DNA of 64,000 bases from Balanoglossus misakiensis (taxonomy: Eukaryota; Animalia; Hemichordata): assembly GCA_040954595.2 (NCBI GenBank), contig CM082576.2, forward strand, positions 16,539,028 to 16,603,027, written 5' to 3'. A model generated the notes under the pieces. It made no database searches. It was given only the letters and a program-made list of their open reading frames with translations, and had not been told where the DNA came from. Positions 36,301 to 49,520 of the stretch are shown here, piece after piece. Position 1 is the stretch's first letter. Every line of letters begins with the position of its first letter. The position numbers and the translations under genes are program-made.

Positions 36301-39300
36301 TTTGTCTTTTTTTCATTTAGAAGAACGAACAGACCACACCAATTTGTTCAGAATTGAAACAGATGTGGTATTAATATTTATATGAGCAGTCGTATTTAGT
36401 CCTCCTTTAATCCACTATTCCACACAAGGCTAAAATTAGTATTTGGAAGTGTCTTAAGACGAGAAACTTACCCGGCAGAGGAAATGTGACCCATGGCGCG
36501 TTGACAACGGCAACAGATCTCAGGTCTGTTCTTGCTGTACTTCCCTTTGGGAACACATCGCACGCAGTAAATATATAACAGATGAACCAGGACAGGCCAA
36601 TAGCTATGATTACCTAGAAATATTAAAATATTCCCGATCACTAGAAAATAAAGATGTTATCTCTCATGGTTAATGCAACCATACTGTATGTATTACATTA
36701 CAAGGAAAAACGAGAAATGGGTTATGAGGTATAAGTTTGAAAATATTTATATTCAAAGAGAACAAAGTTTATTTTACATTATTTTCTAACGTGTTAATGA
36801 GCGAACGAAAAACATTTCCCATTTAACGAATAACAGCTGCAGTAAAATATCTTTTTCCCCTGCTAGGTACAGAATATCAAAATACTATCCTATTTTCATC
36901 AAAATAGTTCAGTCATATAACGCTGAGTCATACTGCAACTTTTCCAAAGATTATGCTGAAAAATTAGTTTTTTTCTTAAATTATGTGTTAACGGGAACAT
37001 GCTTGATAGCTTGATAGCTAAAGAAGTTAACCGTACCCGCGTTGTCAAATAACAGGCTCTGGCAATGCAATCTAGGCAATTAGAATATGGCCAGAAGTAA
37101 CGACACACATAAAACAAGCGCAACATAGCATAGACAAATAACAAAGTACACAGACAAAAGTCAAATCCATGAAAGAGAGTTATATACACCTCTGGCAAAA
37201 AGTAATTTCAGGTGTTTCAAAACTAATAATTACTCATCCTGTCCTCCATGTGACGTCCATATACAAATGGAAGCAGTCACGTGGACCAAATGTCACAAAT
37301 ACCGTCAATGTACAGCGTATTTATCTACCAGTTTATGACACGAGCAGAAAACCTGTTTGAATATAAACCAGTCTGGTCTACCGTATCATTGATTCACTGA
37401 TATTAACACACAATCGCTGTGCTTATGATCCAGACAGTGTCCCCAAATCCAGGAATATAAAAATTTTATAACGTCATGACAGAACGGCCCAACTCACAAA
37501 TGCATTAAAATTTGAATTCGCGGAAAATAACTATACTTTTTGTCCTGTTTAATCCTCTGTCTTGTGTTTACGTCGTTCTTTTTTATTTATTTGTGACGGG
37601 ATCAGAGTTCCGTGTGTCAAAATGGTACACGCAAACGCGTCCTTAGTTGTGAAAGAAAGCAATCCTTCCAGATGTCACACTTACCGGAAATAGATTGAAT
37701 AGTTGAATCCACTCGAAACGGAAACCCTTTCTTCTTGTCCACACAGGCATAGGTATAGGGACTTTTCGAAGATATTGGGAAAACAGCACGATCAGACTGA
37801 ATGTACTGTTGAGTGATCATATAAAATCAGTAAGTTTATTCTCTGTAAGTTGCAGTTTCTTATCCGATTCCCCAAACAATTTGAACTTCCCAATATGCCA
37901 ATATGTGATTTTTTTCAATGCGGCGGTTAAAATGGATTGTTATGTCAGACCTGATCTAATCTGCCAAAACGTACCAACGGTCATTGTCCCTATATAGATT
38001 ATATGTCGACAGAAACTGTCATTGATACAAAAATGTAAATGCATTAAAAGTCAAACGGTCTATTATTAATACTGGATTCCGAAGAGAGTTCATTAGAGAA
38101 ATACATGTCAACTCCCCCGACAATGTTTCAAGCACGATCGGTAATATTGTGAAAAAAATATGTTCAACATCTTGGTTTGCATGACAATATCACGTGACAG
38201 AGTATAGCCAATTGTGGATCGTTCCCAAACTGGCTCATGTCATAACAGCTGTACACCAGAAGCAAGTTTCTTCATCGCACACTTGCGATAGAATAATTAC
38301 TAGCGTACTCACAGAAAAGCTATGCCCCAGTGTTGACTTGCAAAGTACGACGCCACGTCATGAATGCCTAGACCAATCATGACAATAATCGGTGCTACAG
38401 TCAACGGACCGATAAATCGCAACAGAAGGCCGATAATTCCAGAAAGTCCGAGGAGAAACTCAAATGTAGACGATACAATTATTGCACCCTGTACCTGGAA
38501 AGGTAAAGACAACAAATGGTCATCGCTTTGTGGGGGTAGTGTGGTGATTGAGATCTAAGTGCTCAAATGACAAACACAAACCACAGGGATCAGATAGCAT
38601 ATTATATATTGTCAGGTATTGTTTTGATTATTAATAAAATCAGACAATTTCAATCAGGTTGAGTTATTCAATATTAGAGTCTGTGGGTTGATTCTTCTGT
38701 CTGATTGCAACGTAAACTACTTTAAAAAGTACAACGCTATTATGATTGAAATGTGTTCGCGATTCGATCCATTGTGGTAGACTTTTTGAGTTACTCTCGG
38801 GGAGGGGCACTCTCAGACATGCCCGCCATGCTTGACTCAGGGCTGTAAGCAAAATCTCCAATTCGAATAATTCATTTTTTTCTCCAGGTGTATTTCCCGT
38901 GTCTGACACAACTTCTTTACATTGGGGGTGGGGGGAGATAACATCTTATCTTACACATTACTTTCATTCGTGAACACTGTCAGTTGAGCTGTATGTTTTG
39001 TCCACTTTGACCACAAATGCAGCTCTGATACTTAGAGTATGTTCAGATTACGTTGTACAAATGCTGATGCAGAATAAACCTGAACTACAAAGTATGTGAC
39101 GCTGGACAACCTTACCTCTCTCATTCTGACTTTCCAACCGACGTCGAAATATTCACTTCCGTTGATGCTGAAGTTGCTGTTCAAATCTTGAATCGAAAGA
39201 AAAAGAAGAATATGTTGATTTCAGAGTTAAGACATGCTGCGCTGTTTTTCAACTGTAAAACGATTTCTGACTCATAAAAAATTTGTTCTAATGGTACAGT

Positions 39301-40957
39301 TGCGATGTTCATTCCAATGACCACAATAGCAGTTCATAATGTAATTTTTCAACTGAATCTGAATATTGATATATTTTCCTACCTGAATCTTGAGGACATC
39401 TCCACTTTGGCATTGATAAAAACACCAATGCGGGGAAGTAAAATCCAGCAGATGGCCCTTGCAGTATGGGCAATCTACAAATAAAACCAATGTGTAATTG
39501 TTGTCATTGGTAAGACAGTTGATTTACAGTAGCACACCAAACCGTCATTCCCGATCTGATTAAAATCGGGTTTCGAGATAGGTGCTGGTGATAGTTTTCG
39601 ATCTCTTTGTATAGGCTTTTGCTGTTCTGTTCTCTGTCTTGGCTGTTCTCGCCCCCTTCCGAACAGAACAGCCAGCCAGAAATCAGCAAAAGCTGATAGC
39701 GCCTAACTCTAAATCTGATTTTAATCAGATTGCGTCATTCCATGACAAATGACTCGCACAGCTAAAGGGCCCGAAGTCAGAGATTATACATGTAGTGCAG
39801 TGCCCTGCACGCAGCTTTCGTTTTACATGGTACGATCTTTTTCAATGTAGCCAAATTTCAAATCCCGGACCCAGGCCTTTCTTCATCTCGCAACTTTAAC
39901 TTTGAACGTCTTCCCAATTTTCGTGGATAACACACGTACCTCACTCCAAATGTTGTCTGTAGAAATGTTGCTAGAGAAATCATAAGTAACATCGTACTAA
40001 AAAGACGTCCTGTAATTGTGGCATCGTCTGCAATGCATATCATCTCTGCCACTAAGAATGGCATTGTTATCACGCCTCCAATCATCGTCATTTGTTGCTG
40101 GAAAAAAGAATAATGAAAACATGATAGTTCATCATGTTCACATAAATTTCACATAAAAATGTCTAAAAATAAATAACCGCGATTGCGTTTGTCGCTATTA
40201 TGAGATACCCAGCTAACAAGGCACAGACATATTTCATAGGTAATATTATAAGGTTATTGACAAAATACCGGGATGTGCTAAGAAATTCGGTTTGCAGGGT
40301 CCGATAAGATTTCGTTCCTTATCCGTGAAAATTGTTTTAAAAAATTAACTATTAATATATTAGGACAAATTTATGACACTTTTCAATCCGTGGCACTTTT
40401 CGGCCAACCAATAAACCCATTTGCATCTTCAAAAAAGAAAATTGAAATGCCAAATGTCAATTTTCAAATGGTTTCTTCATCTTGATTATTAATTTTGCAG
40501 TCTGGAAGCTAGTGAAATTTTCACAAATATGTGCCTGCTGCCTTTGTAAGAATTCGATGAAATGGCCATAAGTGGCCACCTGGGCCTCAATGTTTTTGTT
40601 TCCTCACATTTGGCTTCGCTGCATGCCGCGATTTTGTCCCACTGAAACTAAAGTGGACAGGAGGCAAGCATACTGTTATAGATTCCAGCGAGATTCCTTG
40701 GGTTGACCATATCGGTGGTCTTGCAATGGAATACCTACCTGAAAGCCAAACATCAAACAGGCATACCAGGGCGGAATGTCGTCCAATGCATAGATCAGCT
40801 GTAGCGCTTCATCAGAATTCGGTTTGTTCGTCTGGTTTGGTGTAGTGTCATCACGGTCGGCCCGAATTGCATCGTTGCCGTTGGCTATAGCGGAGCCCTC
40901 TTCGTGGTCCATTTCAGACAGTGCAACAACCACTTGCCCTGTCTCATCGTTATCCAT
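33324..40957 (-). CDS. SLC23 / nucleobase-ascorbate transporter (NAT/NCS2) family member, 12 coding exons
   Basis: Exons 40957-40739, 40097-39940, 39474-39383, 39186-39116, 38494-38313, 37805-37685, 36613-36472, 36021-35768 (GC donor), 34868-34739, 34488-34345, 33781-33686, 33574-33324. Motifs PPWY...GFQQ, LQTTFGVRLPILQG, FIGPLTVAP, ESVGDYYACAR, NAT signature SENIGAIAITKVGSRRV, LDNTIPGT..ERGL. An acceptor near 40982 implies an upstream non-coding exon. Confidence 0.93.
39552..39732. mobile_element. 181-bp MITE with 9-bp TSD in SLC23 intron
   Basis: TIR C(G/A)ATCTGATTAAAATC; TSD CGTCATTCC at 39543-39551 and 39733-39741. Confidence 0.75.
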
Positions 40958-41540
40958 GTCGGCAGAATTGACGGCCGTGTACTGAAAATTTAAAATAGGG
41001 ATAATCTGTAAATATAGCTCTATGCAAACACAGGTTTACGAGGCCGTGTAGCGAGCGAGTGCCATCTCATGGTTCTGTCATACGAACGTACTACGTATAC
41101 AAATAACTCGCTATGCCCCGACCAAGCAGTTTTGGCAACACACCCCAATCGACAGACACTTCATGTCTTACGCACATGTACATACAGAATAATATCGAAA
41201 TCCTAAAAAAGAATCGACATTCTATTCTAACCATTAAAATCACATTGACGTTGAACTTGTATTATACTTCTTCACTCATTCTGAGCAAAGCTTTAGGCCA
41301 ATGTATCGAAAACTGAAAAACAACCAGTTTTCTCAACGACGCTGATTGAAGTACGTGATGGATCTCCTGACGAAGTCTCAAAACTCCAGCAAAGGTGTAG
41401 TCTGGTCTTTTTCTGCCTGTCGTTGCCCCGCACCTTAAATAAAGTCACTTTGCTTCAAATTCGTTTATTGGAATGATATCCACTTCTGACTGATACAGGG
41501 TATGTACATTACAATCTGGGGGTAGGTGTTGTTTGTGCAT

Positions 41541-41721
41541 ACAACATGATTGGAACTATTTGGGGATAATTGCATACAATTAAATTGTGAACAAAATGAG
41601 TAGCACATGGAGAGAATGCATGACAAAAAACAGCGGGTACGTTAATTGTACGTGTACTACATTGTACACAGGCAATCAATTCATCCACGTAGAATTATCC
41701 CAAAATAGTTCCAATCGTGTT
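41541..41721. repeat. ~29-bp inverted repeat pair upstream of SLC23 gene
   Basis: CATGATTGGAACTATTTGGGGATAATT pairs with AATTATCCCAAAATAGTTCCAATCGTG. Confidence 0.6.
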
Positions 41722-42418
41722 TAATTAGATTCGTTATATTTGATGTGTTATTTGCACATTGTAATATATCGTATAGGGCTGTACCTAAAATGTTGTGAAC
41801 AGGTCGACCCAATGCATTCGCTTACTATGTCCGGGTAGCGGAACATTTAGGTTTCGCAATTTGGATAATTTGACAGAAAACCTTCTCGCAATGCATCCAC
41901 ACAATAAAATTAACGTAGCAGAGAACGTGTACACCGGGGAGCCTGTACGCTTTGGTCTCTGCCTCCGCGCACGCGCACAGGTGAGGTGAATGTCGGACAT
42001 CAGGTGTCTGCAGTACACATGTCTTCGCATAGCAGTGTGGTCAACGAAAAAAAGCTTATCGTAGTGGTAAAATTGACACACGCGTATCAATGAGCAGCTC
42101 CGCGGCAAATCATAGAGAAAGAGTTTACAACCGAAATACAGATATTTGCGAATATTGTTTGTTCACGATCACATTGAACATACGTTGAACATACTCGAGA
42201 CACCGGGATGCATTACATGTAGTCAGTGTGAAGCCATGTCCCATATGAGATCAAACAGCGCGATGTGTGGTCCATTTGTAAGCTCATTGTGTTTAAAATA
42301 ATTGGACAGAAAATCCTTGAGACACGCGGGGGTGTCTCGCGCGAAATTTGTTGTAGTTTTCCTTCAATTGAGTGTCAGAATGGATTCCACTCGAACTGTC
42401 AGTCAGTAACCAACTTAA

Positions 42419-43153
42419 GGTGGCATTGCATGAAACCGTCGAGACTTTTTCAGAGGCCTATTTCTCATCAAAGACAAAGTTAAAACCCCCATAAACCATA
42501 TATATTCTGGAAGCTGAGATTTTGAACTTTTGTTTGAGTTGCAAATATTATTTATCCCCGGAAATGGTGGCGATTTTGGGTGAAAAAAAAACATTTTTTG
42601 ATATTATGTCATGAAATTTAAAATAGGTAAAAAAGTTGACCATGCATCATGCATCTTAATATGTCATTCGAAACTAGAGTACACGTGCAAAAAAACGGTA
42701 ATTTTGTTTTGCGTTATCTGCTTCCATTGAGGAGTAACAGCGTTTGAAAGTTAGATTTTTAGTAAAATTTGATCAAATTCACGGTGAGTTGTATTGAATC
42801 AGAGTTTATTCCCGCCAGGGACACTTTATCGACTAACAAAAATACCGTTTTGTTGGATGGGTCATACACAATCCCCAGTTAAAATTTGAGCAAATTCGGC
42901 CAACGCAGAGCGAAGCTATTTTCGTCAGAAGTTGTCAAGAGCAGCGAAAATGCAAACTGAGAAAAACGGCCATTTGCATTGTTGACACCTATTTGTTAAG
43001 CTGTGAACTCATTCAGAAAAGTGCTATTTTGGGGTGATTATGCACCATTTCCGCCAAGACGTATTAGTCAGGGTGTGGGTCAGTGTTAGGCCTACCGATT
43101 TATGTAAAAAAGTAAAATTTGGCAAAAATCACAACTTTTCATGCAATGCCACC
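42419..43153 (+). mobile_element. ~735-bp non-autonomous TIR element (TTAA target, Kolobok-like), copy 1
   Basis: TIR GGTGGCATTGCATGAAA at both ends; TTAA at left (42415-42418) but not at right; reverse complement of 53295-54032. Confidence 0.85.
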
Positions 43154-46100
43154 ATCTCCGGTCAATTGGAAAACTAAATTTACAGAGAGTCGCAAATATC
43201 AGCGGTACCGCACAGCCATTGTAACAAAGGCGGGGAAGATAAAGTCAAATACCGTCGTGCTATTTTATGTTTAGGTATGTAAAGTAGTCATCCGCTCTCA
43301 CCGTTGACGTAATAAGGAAAGGCTGGTGTTCCACAGACTATACTGAACACGTTGAAGAAGAAATTATAACGGATATGCAATTAATCGAGGCATACAGCAT
43401 GGAAGAGCTATTTGGGTATGTGACCCCGTCTGGGTCCGTGTTCACGTAATAATTAAAAGTTTGAAGTCCCTGGTTCCGAAGTGCACCATGTTCGGCCGGC
43501 CTCGTTTGTATTTTTAATTTAAAGAGACATATCAGCGGTAACTTGTGGCTTTGTGTTCAGTGTTTTGTTCTGTATACCATGTGAAATCGCTCGTTCTACT
43601 CCAAACAACATTCTATCATGCAAAGAACTCCACTTGTGACCGTAGCACGTATGTGTGTAACGGCCATTATTATTGTTGACAAATGAATTCTAGTCCGGAC
43701 TTGAATTCAAATTTTGCACAGTAACAAAGACAATGTTATCTTTCAAAAGAACAACCAAATAACGAAACTAAATGATATTTTATGGTATTGTATAGTTTAT
43801 ATTGCATTGTAATGTATTGTATTGTAACACAAGTAAGGTTAAATCGTTCGGGAGCCGATTTGATTGCGTTCAGTCTTAAACGTTTTCATCTCTCTGTACG
43901 CTGAGCTGATATAGCACAGTTTTTTACCAGGCGAAGACAACTTGTGTGTCGTCGAGACGTCTTATTACTATTTGCAATGGTCGAGCTGCCTCATCTTTCA
44001 CCTACACAGTTTTAATCGTTCAACCGTTTACATGTGCAAGTCGAAATCTTTGTAAATGGTTAATTACCAATCGAGTTGTGTCCATGCAGTAATGTAGGGG
44101 CGAATTATCATTTTATTTCTTAGTATGGATGGGCGGAGGCAGAGTGTTTGAGATAGTTGGTGAGTATATTTACAGGTCCATACATCCGAAATTCGCAGGA
44201 CGGTAGTAATGACCAGGTAATTAAAATTGGCTTTAGATGACTTCAGGGTTTCAGAGTTGTAAGTTGAAACAACCGCAAAAGCAAATACATTGTAGATCAT
44301 TTATTTTACTGATGCGACTTTTTATGCATAACGGCATTTGGATCAGACCATTGAAGTGAGTAAGTTTATCGTGTTTATAGAGATAATTCGAAAGACGTAC
44401 TTGCACACAACTGTCCAAAGGATGCGGCCTTCATATCCCTTGGATATTAAGTAATTTGATAGGCGTCAGCGACAACGCACCGTTGAGAGGCGATTGACCG
44501 GGGTTAATAGCCTTTACAGAGATTTGCATATGGCATGATTTTACACACACGCGTACGTACAGTACATGTGTGTATGCGTGCGTGCGTACGCGCGTGCACA
44601 AACATAGCCTAGCCAAACAGAAAATAAATCACTGTTAGCGAACCATCATCACCATGCAATGCTTGCATGGGATGTCAAGGACAGCTGAGCACTTCATTGT
44701 AGAAATATTCTTTATCGGATAGTATATGATCTGTTTTCGAACATTATACAACGTCGCATATATTATGGTCTAATATCATCTCAGTTTTAAAATTATACAT
44801 GTACATGTTTTACATTCAAGTCAAGCTATAGACATATACAGTAGTGGTCAAATAGGAAAATCAGCCTGAATACAGTGCACGATTTTGCCACTGCGGTTTC
44901 TCGTTACTGGCACAAGTTGTACTAGTAGCCAAGTCGCTGACGTGAAAATACTGGCGAAGTTTCAAGTTATTCAGAATTATTTTAAAAACATTCTGTGTTT
45001 CACTGAGTCATCGGTCACCAATGTTATAATGTCAATTTTTTTTCATTAAATATTTACTGTCATATTTCACGCTGCGACGAACGACTGCGTTTGATTTTCC
45101 TCGATTCATTCAAGTTGCATATCTCGCGTGCCTTATTGAACGCAATCGTTGTCATTTTAAGGCGTTTTCTTTCACGTTGGGGGCGGGCGGCTGAGTGCGA
45201 TCAAGAAACATAAAATATTTCGCGAAGCCTGCCAACCAAAACTATAACTTACATCAACATTTTAGAAAACGTAATCACTGTAACTCAAACTTCCAAAAAC
45301 TCGCGAACTCAACTATATCTAGCGGATGTTTATGCTCGTCCAAGATACACTTGTCAATATTGCCGTTGACATAACAGTTTAGAAACCACAATTGATTTAG
45401 ACAGAATAATTTGTGCGTACTCGATGAAATCGTTCGATTTGGTTTATCGTCAAGTGAGACCCGTACGCGCAACATTACAAGAATTTCATCGCGTCAGGGG
45501 CGTAACCTGTCCTTCATAGTCTTGATGGTTTCTATGACGACAACCGCAAAATTTCATTGATCAGAATCTCCTGGAAAATACTACAGTCTCGATTGACCGA
45601 CGTAGTCAGCAAATATTCACGTATAGTAAATTGGGGCAACCTCTGGACATCACAGAAATCAACCACTCGTTCACGACCGACGGCACTGAGTTTCTCGCAC
45701 ACTGCATAAGAAATCGGCGACAGTGGGACTTGGGGTGGAACCCCGGGGAGGAAATATAAATGTGTGGGTTAAATTCTCTCGGTGGACAGACATCTCGATG
45801 TTATGTCTCGTGGTTTCGACAACATTAAAGGACACCTTCCACACGTTCTTTATGTATGCATGTATTCGCAGATACGATAAATGCCGCACTTGCAACGAGG
45901 CACGTACAACGGCCTGTTATATGTCGAGTAAGGGTTAACTCTCACGTGTACACTGCAAAAGAATGGCATGTAACGCAGGTGATGTAGAGATTGTATTAAA
46001 ATAATATGTAGCCTATTTGGCGAAGTACGGTAGATGTGGAGCAGTGGAGGTGAGACGACATGCATTTTCTTCCCCATTCAGGGTTCTGTCTTAATATATA

Positions 46101-48761
46101 CTCTGCGCTTTCTTTAAACGTTTACTTAAATCTGCAAAAACGCGTAAAATGCTTTATTCACTCATTCTTTACCGGACTGGCTGAGCCAAAAACCGAAACG
46201 TCACATATCCCAATGATATCAAATATCCCAAATAACGTTTTACATTCACAAATTTCAGGGGCTCTCCATAGAGACATACCCTGGGATTATTTTTAAATTT
46301 CCGAAACTTTGGTAAAAAGTACACTGACATTCAGATTTACTCGAGCGAAATAAAATATCATGATCATTTCCATAGATCTCGCATATCTGAACCCGTTTTC
46401 TGAGCGATTTCGCTGATGGACAAATACAATATGGTCAGCTATGGTACATCCAATGATTGATTATATTATTTGCTGTCTGACATCATATATCATTTGACGC
46501 TTAAATGAAACCACGCGATCACCGTGATAAAACACTGCCCTTTTCCTTTTGTATCAGACAATATTCAAACGTTTCGTTCTAGGATGGGTATCGAGGTGCC
46601 CAGACTCAATAGTATGGTCAACGTACTGTTCCAGTCTGAGTAAAATCAAACCAAAGATTGCAAAGGTTGTAAAGGTCACACATGGGTCATGAAGGTGGCC
46701 TATTGTTCCTAATCGCTTTATAGACAACTGCTCGTTTCAGGTAGCTGTGAGGTTCGTGACAATATATTTATATAAATCGCAAATTTGTTGGGCAAATATG
46801 GGTCTCTCTCTGGATTATTATTATTATTTGCGTTATCTAAATGGGTGGTACAGTGAATATCAGTTTGTTTTGCATTTCAAAGACCGGATTTAGAAACATT
46901 TTCTTCAAAAGAGTAAATCATATGTTCAGTAAGAACGGGTGAAAAGTCGTATCTGAGATACACTATTTTGAAACAAAAAATCGTGTCCAGATGACAAAAT
47001 GGGAAATATTGATTAAAAACCGGATTATGCCATTCACCGAACCCGACAATGTTGTAAAATATGTGACAATAACTGGCCAGAGAACTTACATGCCTGGAGA
47101 AGGAAAGCATTGCTTCGATCGTCTCAAAACACCAGCAGACCAGCTAGGAATCTTCAAGTCAGCAATTGAAAGACTTTGGAAGTCTTCTCAGCTTTAACAA
47201 TATACACAATATGTCACCAGCACTGCCGGAACAAATGACAGTTTCCACTCATAGACACACACTGACAAACTGGCAGCGACAGTCTGAGGTATGCACGAGT
47301 GCCAGAAATACAGAAGTGCGAGGCCAAAGGGCGCTTTGAAATGAGGGGTCCAGAGTGCGCGTCATCATGATGGAAATATTGTATTCGGACCTTTGGCCCC
47401 GCACTTTATGTATTTCTGATACACGTACATACCTGGCAGTCCAGATGATCCTGAACAACGCTGACCTCACCGGTGCCAATTCACAGCATCCAATGACACA
47501 ACCAGTAGCTTAACAACTCAAGTCACCAACAATAATGTAACAACTAAAGCCCATCGGTGGGGGTTCTGTCTTACATCCAAGATGTCTGCCTGGAACAACG
47601 GTTGTCAGTATTTAAATGTCCCTTTTGCCGATGCTATACAGCTACACCAATCAATTCCTTGGACGCCCTTCGGAGAAAGTTCTGTCCGAAGCCCTACCGG
47701 GTGGTTACTGTTTGCAATAAAGAACTTGTCTTGAGACAGTATAACACGGAAACTTCTGTGTCGTCGATGCCTCAGTCATATTGCCTGTGTGTGTGGGCGG
47801 GGGGAGGGGGGCGTAAAAGTGTTCAAGCAATGCATCCTAACAGTGCTTGAAAAACAAACTGTTTAATTGGATTGTCTGCCAATAAGAGTGTCGTAATACC
47901 ACTTTGACGTTTGCTACGGGTTGGAAAATGCGTCATTTCCTTTGTCAAGTCAGCGTTTATTTCCAGCGAGAGTCGTAGCAATTAATTAACAGTTTGATGA
48001 CTATTAACAAACAATATATATAAGTTCACGATACTCATAAATGTTGGAATCTGACCTTTTTTACTTCCGCGGTCACTCCGATTTACCCCAATTGTAATGC
48101 TTTTCATTTTTCGATACAGATGGATGCAGTTAACACTTTGACTTCCCCTCTTGTTTATAAATTGGTATTATTTCGCGTGGTGAAAACAAATTGCTCACGA
48201 CAGACAAGAAGAGAGTAACATTATTTCTGGGTAGTTTTTGTTCTGCCCGAGATCTATCCACAGCCCCTCGATCTGTGATGGAGGGACTGCAAGCCGTCAA
48301 GAACACTACTTGAAAAATCTAGTGTTGAGTAGCCAACGTCACACTCACAGGAACAATGTAGACGGGAAAAACATTGAGTGAGCGGCCAAGTGTTCATCGG
48401 CATATCTCTGCACATAATACACATTCATGATACATACACCAAATCGAAATTGCATTGCATTGTCAATTTTACTGTAGTAATTATGTGTACATGGTAGTAC
48501 GGCCGAGCGAGGTGCTTTTAACAGACAATCTTAAGCTTGATTTCAAATATATTTATTGGCTAGTGTGCAAGACGTCGACTTGCCCACGGTTGCTTTTGAA
48601 CGTGATCGTCACTTCAACTTCCCAGCGGTATCCAGAGATGACAGTTTATAGAAATACATTCAATAGAAACAAAGAACCGCTTTCGGTGGAAGCAATAGCG
48701 GAGATGTCATCAAATGACCACCGAAGGCGTTCAAAGTTTGCAAGTACCTCTGGTATGTCTC

Positions 48762-49520
48762 TTAAAGGGACAAAGTCTCTCTCTCTCGCTGCCCCTTTCC
48801 CATTAATTATGTTTGATACCAGACACCGTTTATGTTATTCTACAAGTGGATATATAGTGAATCAATGTTCGACCACATACAACTTCCATCCCGTTTGTAG
48901 GATATGAGAGTAAAAACTCGCCCAAAATGAATAAATGGTAGAGACCGATTATTCATTTTGGCGATTTTTTTTCACTCTCGTGTTTACAACCGGGATGGAA
49001 GGTGTGTGTTGTTGAACGTTGATTCACTGTATATCCACATATACATGAATATACATGTACACGGTGTCTTGTATCAAACATAATTAATGGAAAGGGGTAG
49101 CAAAAGAGAGACTTTGTCTAGCTCTTTAATCTCCATCGACGTATTCAATCTGATGACCGTTCTTTCTTAAAGGGACAAAATCTCTCTCTCGCTGCCCTTT
49201 TTCCATTTATTATGTTTGATACAAGACACCTTTCATGTTATTCTACAAGTGGATATTTAGTGAATCAATGTTCGACCACATACAACTTCCATCCCGTTTG
49301 TAGGATATGAGAGTAAAACTCGCCCAAAATGAATAAATGGTAAAGACGGATTATTCATTTTGGCGATTTTTCTCTCTCTCGTGTCTACAAGCGGGATGGA
49401 AGTTGTGCGTGGTTGAACATTGATTTACTATATATCCACATATACATACCATAAACAGTGTCTTGTATCAAACATAATTAATGGGAAAAAAGCAGCGAGA
49501 GAGAGACTTTGTCCCTTTAA
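48762..49520. mobile_element. two adjacent family A fold-back MITEs (48762-49129, 49167-49520)
   Basis: Each begins TTAAAGGGACAAA and ends with the inverted terminus plus TTAA; 37 bp separate them. Confidence 0.85.

Noticed and set aside
48455-48907. 150-aa ORF
   Set aside because: Runs into a family A MITE and shows no recognisable domain.
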